From NCBI GenBank assembly GCA_049325335.1, contig JBMOMC010000001.1, positions 468,193 through 532,192 on the forward strand: a DNA stretch of 64,000 nucleotides. The letters run 5' to 3'. This stretch comes from Nitrospirota bacterium. GTDB taxonomy: Bacteria > Nitrospirota > Nitrospiria > 2-01-FULL-66-17. This document shows, in pieces, positions 30,737 through 38,842 of this stretch. The position numbers and the translations under genes are program-made. Each line of letters begins with the position of its first letter. Within the stretch, counting starts at the first letter, position 1. The notes beneath the pieces were generated by a model that was not told the DNA's origin, did not search any database, and saw nothing but the letters and a program-made list of their open reading frames with translations.

Positions 30737-31764
30737 GCGAGCCCCGCCAGAGCCAGTCCCACGCCGGCAATGAACCGGGGCGCGGCAGCCTGCACCTCGG
30801 ACTGGACACCCTGGCAATCCATGCCCTCAAACGGATCAAACAGCCCGACTTTCGCGTCGAAAAACTTGGCGAGATACTCGACGAATCCGGGAGTTAACGC
30901 CGCGCCGCCGCCGACCCACAGCGCTTCCAACGGCCCGTCGTGCGATTGCGCGCGGTAGTAGTCCACCGACCGTTGAATTTCCACCACCAACCGATCCACC
31001 TCCGGCGCCAGCGCCTCCACCACCTTGGGTTTTCCGGACAGTCCGTGTTCTCGCTTGACCCCTTCGGCTTGGCTCGGATCGATCCCCAACGCCCGGGCAA
31101 GGCTCTCGGTCAAGGTCTCCCCGCCCAACGCCACGCTTCGAGAAAATCGGAGCGACCCGTGTTTGGCAACGTTGATGTCCATGCGGCTCGCCCCGATGTC
31201 CACGAACGCCACGCACCCGGGCCCGGTCTCGTCCCGATTCAACCGATGCGCCGCGTAATAAAACGCGAGCGGGTTGACGTCCATCACGGTGATCCGCAAC
31301 CCGGCCGCGCGATACCGCGCAAACTCGCTCTCAACCACCCCGCGCTCCGCCACCACCAGGGTGACCGGCATCATGCGCCCTTGGTCCGTCGTCACCTCCG
31401 GGCCGTTCACGTAGTCCACCACCAGGTCTTCGACCGCGAGGGATGAGGCTTTTTTGGCCTCCCACTGGAGCGCTTCCTTCAATTCCCGTTTCGGCATGGG
31501 CGGCACCGTCAAGTGACGTACCAGCGGGGGCCGGCCCTGCACGCTCACCGTCATATGCTCGCGTTGCGCCCACCCGCATGCGGAGGCAACCTGCATGGCC
31601 TGTCGGTTCGGCCACTCATCATCGGCACGCGCTTCCGGCGTGAGTTCCCGCAGCTCCGCCCGCACCACGGACCAGGTACCGCCTCGGCGCTTGAGTTGGA
31701 CGAGCTTCACCGCGCTATGACCGAAATCACACCCCACCGGCAGGCGTTGCGTCCACGGCATCAT
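30733..31764 (-). CDS. pilM: type IV pilus assembly protein PilM
   Basis: VGCDFGHSAVKLV, VDIGAS, EIQRSVDYY, VGGGA, GLAL. Confidence 0.92.
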   Translation of the reverse strand: MMPWTQRLPVGCDFGHSAVKLVQLKRRGGTWSVVRAELRELTPEARADDEWPNRQAMQVASACGWAQREHMTVSVQGRPPLVRHLTVPPMPKRELKEALQWEAKKASSLAVEDLVVDYVNGPEVTTDQGRMMPVTLVVAERGVVESEFARYRAAGLRITVMDVNPLAFYYAAHRLNRDETGPGCVAFVDIGASRMDINVAKHGSLRFSRSVALGGETLTESLARALGIDPSQAEGVKREHGLSGKPKVVEALAPEVDRLVVEIQRSVDYYRAQSHDGPLEALWVGGGAALTPGFVEYLAKFFDAKVGLFDPFEGMDCQGVQSEVQAAAPRFIAGVGLALAGLA

Positions 31765-32033
31765 CAGGCCGCCCTCCGTTGCTGAACACGCGGGCCGTCC
31801 GATGGTCCGCGCCCCAAGTCATCAAGGGCTTTTTCGTAGGCCACGCGGTGTTTAAATCCGCGTTTGAGGTGTTTCCAAATCGCGGCAACAAGTTCCACAT
31901 CAGCGGCGGAATACTCTCGCGCCTCCAAATCGCCCATGGGGATTCTGGCGGGCGTCACATACCCCTTTTGTTCGAGGTAATAGAGTTTGTGCCGTGGGAT
32001 ATCGATTTGTTTGAGTAGATCGTTCGTCTTCAC
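31764..32033 (-). CDS. small MerR-type HTH DNA-binding protein
   Basis: IPRHKLYYLEQKGYVTP...REYSAADV; 89 aa, no effector domain; stop overlaps pilM start. Confidence 0.8.
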   Translation of the reverse strand: MKTNDLLKQIDIPRHKLYYLEQKGYVTPARIPMGDLEAREYSAADVELVAAIWKHLKRGFKHRVAYEKALDDLGRGPSDGPRVQQRRAA

Positions 32034-32077
32034 GCTACCCCTCGACTGACAGATCTATTTTTCTACACTGCGGGGCA

Positions 32078-32105
32078 AGTCTAATCGTGTTGCGGGATGT
32101 GTCAA
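32078..32105 (-). promoter_or_regulatory. sigma70-type promoter for HTH-pilMNO-secretin sub-operon
   Basis: TTGACA-16bp-TAGACT on minus strand. Confidence 0.55.
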
Positions 32106-32143
32106 GAAACTGACGTGGGCAGAAATTGCCGAGGCAGCTTTTA

Positions 32144-33826
32144 CTAACGAACCTGCTCCTGCCACATCAGACCGCCGGCGTCGTTGAGGCTGTTGGTGTT
32201 GAACGTGTCCAGCGTCACGGTCGTTGCCACGGTCTGCGATGCGCCCGAGGAATCCGTGATCGTCACGTTAAACGTCACTGGACCGGGAGTGCCGGGCGTG
32301 GCGGAAAACGTCAGCCGGTACTCGCCCGAACCGGTCAGATAGAGCTGATCCGTCGCGACCGGAGCGGTAAACACCACGGGGTCGGTTCCTGAAACTCCCC
32401 ACGTTTCAACCGATGTCGCGGCATTAATCGCCGCCAAGGAATAGGCATCGCCGCTCCATATCCACCCGCCGCTGGCAGGCAACCCGATCGCCACGCTGTC
32501 CACGGGAAAACAGCCCTGATTCGTGAAGCTCCAGGTGATTTCTTCGTTGGTACTGGACACATTGGTCCGGTCCGGAATCACGGTGATCACAAACCCGGCC
32601 GCTGTAACCGGTGGGGCGGATGTTGCGGTGGGCGTTGTCCTCGACGGATTGCCCCCGGTACCAGTCCCGGTCGCGGACCCGTCGAACCAAAACGTTTGGC
32701 CCGGCAAAGCACCCGACACCAAAAAGACCCACTGAAACTGCAGGGTTCCCCCGTTGGCAGTCGCGGTGGTGCCGGACAATGCGGTCGGCCCCGAACTCAG
32801 CGTGATCGGCGCCCCCGCGGACGGCGTCAACGTCGGGGTGACATTGATCAAGTCGTAATTGTACCGGTTGGTCAGGGTCATCGTGACCGTCACGTTTCCC
32901 CCGTTGTACAAACAGCTCGGCGAGGTCACCACCCCAGCGACGAAGAGGCCGATTGCGAGAGTCGGGGATGTGGCCAGCGCGGAGGTCGCGGAATTCGTGT
33001 TGTTCCGGGCATAGGCCGTGTAATACACGGTTCCGTAACCGGTCGTTGAGGTGTTGTAGGTAAACGTGATGGTCCCGCTTGCCCCAGGCGCCAAGGTGAG
33101 AGGGTTGGGGCTATACGCCGTCGATGCAAGCCACGGCGGCGTGGGCGGCGTGCCGGCGAAACTGGCGACCTGCGTCGGAGACAGCGGACTTGAAACAATC
33201 GCCGTCTGTGTGGCTGTAGACCGGTTTGTCACCGCCATCACCAGGCGAAAGCTGCTGCCCGCGACGAGCGAGGTGATTGGGGTTCCGCTTAGGTCCGTGA
33301 TCTGAAACGACGTGATGACCAGCGACTTGAGGGTCCACGACCCCGGGTTATTGGTCGTGACCGTCCCCACCCGCCCAAACGGCGGCCCGGTTGTGGAGGT
33401 CGTATACCGTGCCCGAATGTCGCGCAGAGTTTCGTTCACATCGGCAGTGGTGGATCGGAAGGTAAAATTGATCGCGAAGTCCCGAAAGGCACCCACCGCA
33501 ATGGCGTTGGCCCAGGACGTGGCGCGAAACGTCACCGACGTGGTGCTGTACGCGGTGCGCGTCCATCCGGCCGGCGCCGCGGTGCTCGATGCGAAGGTGG
33601 TCCCGGTACCTCGCAAGCGAAACCGCATTTCATAAATTCGCTCACCCGTATTGCCACCGTTATTCGTATTGGTAATCCGATAGGTCAATGTCCCGTTGGT
33701 GCCCATCGGAAACGAGGTGGGGGCCGCCGGGGTCTGGCCGATCGTATAACTCCGGGCCGCATCGGCTGGACGGGCCCACAGCCCGATCGCCAACACCGCC
33801 AGCGCGCATCCGATCAACCGTTTCAT
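32144..33826 (-). CDS. secreted Thr-rich Ig-like repeat protein, putative pilus tip adhesin (MshQ/PilY1 position)
   Basis: Sec signal (…ARPADA), four beta-rich repeats with x-T-N motifs, C-terminal WQEQVR; last gene of pilin run. Confidence 0.7.
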   Translation of the reverse strand: MKRLIGCALAVLAIGLWARPADAARSYTIGQTPAAPTSFPMGTNGTLTYRITNTNNGGNTGERIYEMRFRLRGTGTTFASSTAAPAGWTRTAYSTTSVTFRATSWANAIAVGAFRDFAINFTFRSTTADVNETLRDIRARYTTSTTGPPFGRVGTVTTNNPGSWTLKSLVITSFQITDLSGTPITSLVAGSSFRLVMAVTNRSTATQTAIVSSPLSPTQVASFAGTPPTPPWLASTAYSPNPLTLAPGASGTITFTYNTSTTGYGTVYYTAYARNNTNSATSALATSPTLAIGLFVAGVVTSPSCLYNGGNVTVTMTLTNRYNYDLINVTPTLTPSAGAPITLSSGPTALSGTTATANGGTLQFQWVFLVSGALPGQTFWFDGSATGTGTGGNPSRTTPTATSAPPVTAAGFVITVIPDRTNVSSTNEEITWSFTNQGCFPVDSVAIGLPASGGWIWSGDAYSLAAINAATSVETWGVSGTDPVVFTAPVATDQLYLTGSGEYRLTFSATPGTPGPVTFNVTITDSSGASQTVATTVTLDTFNTNSLNDAGGLMWQEQVR

Positions 33827-33836
33827 CGCGCACTCC

Positions 33837-34736
33837 TCATCGCTGGACCGTCTTCTGCACCACCCGCGCCGCCGTGGTAAGCGGCCCGGCCCCCACCGAA
33901 CCCGTGGACATCATCAAGACCTCATAGTCCGGAGCGGAATCATCGTCCAGAAGCGGCGTCACGGGGTATCCGGCCGGACGCAGGGCGCCGCTGGACTGTG
34001 AATTCACGCAGCGGGTCACGCCGGTGAGCGTGGCCACGCCCGCGGTCGTACTCGACCCCGTGTACGTGATTTCTTCCGTATCAACCGTGATCGTCCCGGT
34101 TGCAAGAAACTTGCTATTGGCGGCAATCGTGATCGACCCCGCAGGCGTGGGGCTGCACGTGGCGCTCACGGCCGCAAGGTTGGCATTCAGGGTGGCCACC
34201 GGGAAGACGGCCGTTCCTCGCGGATAGGTCCCGGCCGCTCCGCCGTTGACCCCGCCCACGGTCACGTCGCGCGCGACCACGTTGAACGTGGTCGCATTCG
34301 CCACGGTATATTGGACGAACTCGCCTCCGACAATATCGTGTCCGAGCTGGAGCACACCTGCGGCCGGGAAGCGCGCGGTGGAAAAGACCCGGATGGTTCC
34401 TCCCGGTGCAGATGTGACTCGGCGCGAGAGTTTGGTCGCGGGCAGAAAGGTGTTGGTAATAAATGTCCCGGCGCCTAGCGCAGTGGCGGGGCTCACGATC
34501 GGATCAGCCGCGCTGCGGTACCAATCCAGGTTCTGGGCCAAGGCCCGCTGCGCGAATTCGCTGCCGCCTTCGGCGACAGAGAGGGCTTGCGTCGAACTCA
34601 ACTCGCCGGCCGACGTGCTCGCCTGCGTGCTCATCAAGGACACCAGCGTGATGCCCAGGAACCCCATGACCACCACGAAGAAGATCACCGCGATGAGCGA
34701 CAGCCCGCGTTCCCCGTTGCCGCGCGCCGTCGTCAC
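33837..34736 (-). CDS. PilX/MshP-like minor pilin with inserted tandem beta domains
   Basis: G|LSLIA class III signal lacking E5, QALSVAEGG PilX motif; GTG 34736 overlaps upstream stop. Confidence 0.8.
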   Translation of the reverse strand: MTTARGNGERGLSLIAVIFFVVVMGFLGITLVSLMSTQASTSAGELSSTQALSVAEGGSEFAQRALAQNLDWYRSAADPIVSPATALGAGTFITNTFLPATKLSRRVTSAPGGTIRVFSTARFPAAGVLQLGHDIVGGEFVQYTVANATTFNVVARDVTVGGVNGGAAGTYPRGTAVFPVATLNANLAAVSATCSPTPAGSITIAANSKFLATGTITVDTEEITYTGSSTTAGVATLTGVTRCVNSQSSGALRPAGYPVTPLLDDDSAPDYEVLMMSTGSVGAGPLTTAARVVQKTVQR

Positions 34737-35248
34737 GTAAAGTTCCTCGGGTGTACGCGAACCCTGAAACTCTGCGTTTCGTTCCCGGTCGCGAACGTCA
34801 GATCCATCTGGATCACCCACACCTGGGCCGCCGTGGCTGCCGGAGTTCCGTCTTGCTGCACATACGAGAAGGTCAGGACGGCGCTGCCGGATGAGGCGAG
34901 CATGGCGCCGTTTCGCGTCACCGACCCGCCGCCCGCCGTGTAGGTGACGGCATTCCCCGAGATGTCCACGAAACTCAGCGTGGTGGCGGTCATGGTCGGG
35001 ATGTCGGTTGCGGTGCGGCTCCGGATCAACCGAATCTCGCGCGCCATGCGCTCAAGGCTCAACCGCCCCTGCGTCGTGAGCGTGGCCCGAGCGTCCTGCG
35101 CCACGTACTCTTGGACTCCGGTGAGCAACAGCAGCGAGGTGGTGGCCGCGATGATGCCCACGATCACTATCGTGATGACCAACTCAATGAGCGTGACGCC
35201 GGATTGGCCGCGCACGTGGAAGCGAATGTGACGTATGAGCTTCGCCAT
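34733..35248 (-). CDS. minor pilin, MshO/PilW-like
   Basis: G|VTLIELVITIVIVGII; LERMAREIR; C-terminal VHPRN. Confidence 0.85.
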   Translation of the reverse strand: MAKLIRHIRFHVRGQSGVTLIELVITIVIVGIIAATTSLLLLTGVQEYVAQDARATLTTQGRLSLERMAREIRLIRSRTATDIPTMTATTLSFVDISGNAVTYTAGGGSVTRNGAMLASSGSAVLTFSYVQQDGTPAATAAQVWVIQMDLTFATGNETQSFRVRVHPRNFT

Positions 35249-35249
35249 A

Positions 35250-35717
35250 TCAGTAGTTGGTCAGCAGGGTCGTCGCCGTCACATTGCCCAGCGACGCGTT
35301 GGTGACCGTCACGGTGACGCGGGCGTAGTCGGTGCGCCCGTCGCTGGCAGCGCACGACGGACCTGGCGCCGACCCCACGGCATTGAGATCCGCGGTGGTC
35401 ACACACGTGATCGCCACTGACCGGGAAAACCCCGTCACCCCGGCAATGGGATTTTCCGCGGGATAGTTCCCAGGCGTGGTCGCGTACGTGAAGCCTCGGG
35501 GCGTGGTCTGGTCCAGACGATCCGCGAAAATCTGTTCGAACTTCTCTTGGGCCAATGCCGCGGCCTGCTGCGTGAGCACGGGCGTGGCGCTGTGTCGCGT
35601 GCTCACGGTTGATGGGATCAGCACGGCCAGCGACAACGCCAGCACCACGATCACGATCACCGTCTCGATAAGCGTGATTCCCCGCTCGAAAGTTGGAGCT
35701 GATTGCGTGGTCGCCAT
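35250..35717 (-). CDS. minor pilin, MshD/PilV-like
   Basis: G|ITLIETVIVIVVL; QAAALAQEKFE; C-terminal TNY. Confidence 0.85.
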   Translation of the reverse strand: MATTQSAPTFERGITLIETVIVIVVLALSLAVLIPSTVSTRHSATPVLTQQAAALAQEKFEQIFADRLDQTTPRGFTYATTPGNYPAENPIAGVTGFSRSVAITCVTTADLNAVGSAPGPSCAASDGRTDYARVTVTVTNASLGNVTATTLLTNY

Positions 35718-35742
35718 ATCGATCACCTGAGGAACCGTACTT

Positions 35743-35914
35743 GGAGCCTGTTCAGGGAAGGCCAGATGCCTCCTTCGGGGACTTCCGGCATCAAATGTCT
35801 TGACGGTGGGTCGCAAGGCGGAGAGAGGACCTTGCGCGCGGAGCGTACTGGGTCGTACGTGAGCACGCAAGGCCGACCGACAACGCAGCAGATGGCCTTT
35901 CATGGACAGGCTCC
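35743..35914. mobile_element. MITE-like element, 172 bp, 22-bp imperfect terminal inverted repeats
   Basis: GGAGCCTGTTCAGGGAAGGCCA (35743-35764) vs TGGCCTTTCATGGACAGGCTCC (35893-35914), 19/22 complementary; right end sits in CTAG at the upstream pilin stop. Confidence 0.7.
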
Positions 35915-36426
35915 TAGGGAATGCTCGCCATACCGGTTTGGGCGCGGACGGTCACGGTCTGCGTGGTATCCCCCCCGGTGACGGTGATGGTCCCTGTCGC
36001 CAGGTTCGTGGCCGACGGCGTGGAGCCTGCGTAGAGGTACGGGCGCCCAAGCGTGTCGAACTCCACGCCCCGGTTCGACACGGTCACACCGTTCAGGTTC
36101 CAACTGAGCGTGATCCCTGAACCGGTTGCAATGGAAAAGCCCGTTTGCCCGTCGGGATTCGTCACCAGCGTCCCGGACGCGTCTCTGATCTCATACGTGG
36201 TCGTGGACAGGAACACCAATCGGTGTCTCACATTCGTTCGCATGGAGAGTCCTTGGGCATACGCGAGGTCCGATTGCAGCTTCCTGGCTGTGGCGGAGGT
36301 CTTGACCCCGACCACATCCGGCAACCGTGGGACCACCATCATGGCCACGATCGCGATCACGACGATGACGATCACGGACTCAATCAGCGTGAAGCCGGTC
36401 TCGCTCTTCGGCCTGTTTCCATTCAT
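35914..36426 (-). CDS. minor pilin, MshC/FimT/GspH-like
   Basis: G|FTLIESVIVIVVI; LQSDLAYAQ; FDTLGRP; terminal TG motif. Confidence 0.88.
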   Translation of the reverse strand: MNGNRPKSETGFTLIESVIVIVVIAIVAMMVVPRLPDVVGVKTSATARKLQSDLAYAQGLSMRTNVRHRLVFLSTTTYEIRDASGTLVTNPDGQTGFSIATGSGITLSWNLNGVTVSNRGVEFDTLGRPYLYAGSTPSATNLATGTITVTGGDTTQTVTVRAQTGMASIP

Positions 36427-36466
36427 GCCTGTTCACCCGATCGTCGGTCACCAAGCTCCTCTATGC

Positions 36467-36509
36467 AAAAAAGACGAGGCGAGCGGACCTTCGTCCTGCC
36501 CGCCTCGTC
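36467..36509 (-). terminator. intrinsic terminator after the major pilin
   Basis: GACGAGGCGGGC-AGGAC-GAAG-GTCC-GCTCGCCTCGTC followed by TTTTTT on minus strand. Confidence 0.85.
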
Positions 36510-36532
36510 CGAGTACTCTTGGTCCAGCCAGG

Positions 36533-36976
36533 CTAACAGGTACTCACGTCCACAGACGCCACGCCGGTCGCTTCGGTATAAGTCACGCCGCAGGTCGCGC
36601 TCCCCCCGTTGGTCGGCCAGAAGGTCGAGGTCAGCGCCCCGGTGGTAAAGGTAAACCCGCTATAGTCCGCCACGGCCACGTCGATCCCGCCCGCATCACT
36701 GGTCGGAATGCCCGTTCCGGCCGCGACGTTCGGATCGGTCCCCGGCCCCAAGTCAACCGTAGTTGCGGCCGTGTTCCCCACCGCTTGGTACTTCGACATG
36801 GAAATCGCCACGGCGCTTCGAAGGCCGGCCGCCATGCCGTTGACGGCCGCGGTCCGCGCCTCGGTCCGGAGATCGGCGAACTTCGGCACCGCAAACGCCG
36901 CCAAGATCCCCAGGATCACGATGACCACCACCAGTTCAATCATGGTAAAACCCGACTCGTTCTTGAGTAGCTTCAT
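36533..36976 (-). CDS. mshA: major pilin, MshA-like
   Basis: G|FTMIELVVVIVILGILAAFAVPKFADLRTEAR; C-terminal Cys pair; strong RBS and own terminator. Confidence 0.85.
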   Translation of the reverse strand: MKLLKNESGFTMIELVVVIVILGILAAFAVPKFADLRTEARTAAVNGMAAGLRSAVAISMSKYQAVGNTAATTVDLGPGTDPNVAAGTGIPTSDAGGIDVAVADYSGFTFTTGALTSTFWPTNGGSATCGVTYTEATGVASVDVSTC

Positions 36977-37066
36977 CCTTCTCCTCCCCTGTGTGAGTTC
37001 ACTGCCCTGCCGCCCTGTTCACACACCACCCGGACGAGCCTATCGCTCCCGACGCCCTGGCGTTCC

Positions 37067-37459
37067 CTACCATTGTTCATATCCTTTCGATTCTGACAAG
37101 ACGCGTCCCCCCCCCGGCTCGTACCGATACCGACGACCGAACGGGTCAACCGGGTATCCGTCGTGATCCAGCGCCTGCGCCTCCAAATACTGCGGCACAA
37201 ACACGGGGTTCTTCCCGGCGGGGAGCAGGTACCCGGTGGCAAACAGTTCGCGGATATCCCGGGGGTACCGCTCGTTGAAGACATGGTAGAGACGCACGCC
37301 CGTTCGAATATTGCCCAATCCCATCCGAAGCGAGGTCTCTCGCGCTTCGCGCAGCAAGGAGTCGCAATACGTCATCATCGCGATCACCACTCCCACAAGG
37401 ACAACGCATGCCACGAGCGACTCCACCCCTGATCGCCCTGACGCTGTTCCCGGGTACAC
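37067..37459 (-). CDS. pilin-like protein in MshF position
   Basis: G|RSGVE non-canonical class III signal, hydrophobic helix, AREtsL...NIRTGV, DPFGRRY. Confidence 0.65.
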   Translation of the reverse strand: MYPGTASGRSGVESLVACVVLVGVVIAMMTYCDSLLREARETSLRMGLGNIRTGVRLYHVFNERYPRDIRELFATGYLLPAGKNPVFVPQYLEAQALDHDGYPVDPFGRRYRYEPGGGRVLSESKGYEQW

Positions 37460-37466
37460 CGCGCGA

Positions 37467-38699
37467 TCACCCTCCTCCCCCTTTGAACACATGGATCAAA
37501 TTCCACCAGGGCAAGAAGATCGCCAAGGCCAGAAACAGCACCGCCACGCCGATTATCAGCATTAACAACGGCTCCAGCGCGGTTGAGAGGTTTTTGATCG
37601 AGTAATCGACCTCCCGGTCGTAGTACTCGGAGACCTTCATCAACATGCCTTCCAGTTGCCCGGTTTCTTCGCCGATCGCGACCATCTGCACCACCCCGGC
37701 CGGGAAGAGGCGACTGGATTTCATCGGCTGGACCAAGCCGCGTCCTTGGCGCGCGCCGTCTTGAATCGTCCCGATGACGCGCGCGACCGCGGCGTTGCCG
37801 ACCGTCCGACCGACGATATCGAGCGCTTGTAACGCCGGGAATCCGCAGCGGTTCAATGTCCCGAACGTACGAGCAAAGCGCGACAACGCGGACTTGAGGA
37901 ACAAGGGACCGAAGACGGGGATCCGCAGTTTCCACGCATCCCACCACATTCGACCGACCGGGGTTGCGACGTAGGACCGAAACGCGAACGCTCCGGCAAC
38001 CCCCAGGCCCAGGAAAATAAATCCGAAGGAATGCACCAGCGAGTTCAGCCCGATCATCATCCGCGTGGGCAGCGGGAGCGCGACACGAACGTTCGCGTAT
38101 AACTTGGCGAACTGCGGGATCACGAACGTGACCAGGATGCCGAACGCCACGGCCAACGCCACCAGCACGATCACCGGGTACCGCGTCGCGGCCTTAATCT
38201 TCTGCTTGGTGTCCATGTCGCGTTCCGCCAAGAACGCCAACCGATCGAGCATTTCATCCAGGACCCCGGCTTCTTCCCCGGCTTTGACCATGTTGACGTA
38301 TAGGTCCTCGAACACGCTCGGGTGTTTGGCCAACGCCGCGGAGAACGGCGACCCGCCCTCGACGTCGCGCCGAACCTGAACGAGCACGGCCCGGAGCCTC
38401 GGATTGGTGGTTTGTTCGATCAGCGCGTCGAACACCGCGACGAACGACAGGCCCGCGTCGATCAACGTGGCCATCTGCCGCGTCATGATGATCTTGTCTT
38501 GCGGGGTAATTTGCGTAAACCACTCTTGGACGCGGGCGGCCGACTCGCGCCAATCCCAGCCGCTCGCCTCTTGGATGCGGACCGGGAAGTACCCGAGTTG
38601 GTTGATTTGCATGGCGGCCGCGTCACGGCCCGATGATTCAAGCACGCCGGTCATCACCTCTCCGGACTTGTCGCGAGCCTTGTAACGAAAACGTGCCAT
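37467..38699 (-). CDS. mshG: platform protein MshG/PilC/GspF (set 1)
   Basis: FRYKARD, RQMATLIDAG, AGEEAGVL, RYP, IGEETGQL, EPLL. Confidence 0.93.
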   Translation of the reverse strand: MARFRYKARDKSGEVMTGVLESSGRDAAAMQINQLGYFPVRIQEASGWDWRESAARVQEWFTQITPQDKIIMTRQMATLIDAGLSFVAVFDALIEQTTNPRLRAVLVQVRRDVEGGSPFSAALAKHPSVFEDLYVNMVKAGEEAGVLDEMLDRLAFLAERDMDTKQKIKAATRYPVIVLVALAVAFGILVTFVIPQFAKLYANVRVALPLPTRMMIGLNSLVHSFGFIFLGLGVAGAFAFRSYVATPVGRMWWDAWKLRIPVFGPLFLKSALSRFARTFGTLNRCGFPALQALDIVGRTVGNAAVARVIGTIQDGARQGRGLVQPMKSSRLFPAGVVQMVAIGEETGQLEGMLMKVSEYYDREVDYSIKNLSTALEPLLMLIIGVAVLFLALAIFLPWWNLIHVFKGGGG

Positions 38700-38842
38700 C
38701 GGCAAACCTACGTGCAATCCGCGAGCCACCGCAGATCATCACGCCGGCCTGTGCGCAGGCCCGATACGCGAGTCTCGCCGCTTGGATGGACCGCCCGACA
38801 CGGACCCATAGGGAAGGCGTTTCACACCGACACCAGAAAACG

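Noticed and set aside
32144..36976. DGR or shufflon diversification of pilins/adhesin
   Set aside because: No reverse transcriptase or recombinase, and no template/variable repeat pair or inverted cassettes seen
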